Below are positions 63,526 through 64,000 of a DNA stretch of 64,000 bases, piece after piece. The stretch is from assembly GCA_030704615.1 (NCBI GenBank), contig CM060733.1, positions 21,514,001-21,578,000 of the forward strand. The letters are read 5' to 3'. Numbering within the stretch: position 1 is the stretch's first letter; each line of letters begins with the position of its first letter. The DNA is from Takakia lepidozioides (taxonomy: Eukaryota > Plantae > Bryophyta). The notes under the pieces are model-generated. The model saw only the letters and a list, made by a program, of their open reading frames with translations, did no database searches and had not been told where the DNA came from. The translations under genes were made by a program, and so were the position numbers.

Positions 63526-64000
63526 TATGTTGGATGTTACCCATTATGGCCAACCCAATTATAAAAAGGAGGTACGTACCTCAACCAATTATTTAATGTG
63601 TGGTATCTAGGAGTTTCAATTTTGGGGAAAGGTTGGGCAACTGTTTTGTGTCGGTGATGGCGGCCTGACCTTATACACATGTGATGCAAGAAGAAAGTCA
63701 TAGAGTAGGAGGTGGATAGCTGGATTGGGCTCAAGAACCGTCCACTTGCGAGCGTTTGTTTGTAAAGCCATTTATGTTATGTTCATAGCGACGAGATGTT
63801 TATTGCTCTCATTCACAGGTTGAGGTATATTGCGTTTCTAGTTCTAATTATATTATCTTCTAATATTTTGTCTTATTAATGATTGTGCTTCTCTAAGATC
63901 CTAATGAGTCCCATTAGGGGCAACAAGAATGAACCATGCTTAAATTGTCCCAAAATTACCTTCTTTATTGGAGATCAACTAGGCCAAAATATGAAAATGA

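Overview
Eukaryotic nuclear DNA, most likely from a non-seed land plant (inferred from PLS-PPR, CYP71-clan P450, diterpene synthase and CLSY homologues plus bryophyte/lycophyte-type retroelements). The window is TE-dense and heavily rearranged. One large host gene looks largely intact: a CLASSY1/2-like SNF2 remodeler of the RdDM pathway (minus strand, about 14.8-27.8 kb), with a LINE in one intron. Around it are pseudogenes or fragments of PEN-2, PPRs, a P450 and a terpene synthase. The TEs are Ty3/gypsy elements with extra ORFs, LINE fragments, tRNA-derived SINE-like sequences and CACTA transposons. The most notable signal is a set of chromatin writer/reader domains inside transposons: a SET-domain ORF between CACTA-type repeats and a CACTA transposase (52.1-53.3 kb), a C5 DNA methyltransferase fragment (61.4-61.7 kb) and a gypsy integrase ending in a PHD finger (34 kb). 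Several local inversions and one small translocation can be reconstructed from broken ORFs. All calls are from reading motifs by eye; no searches were run.
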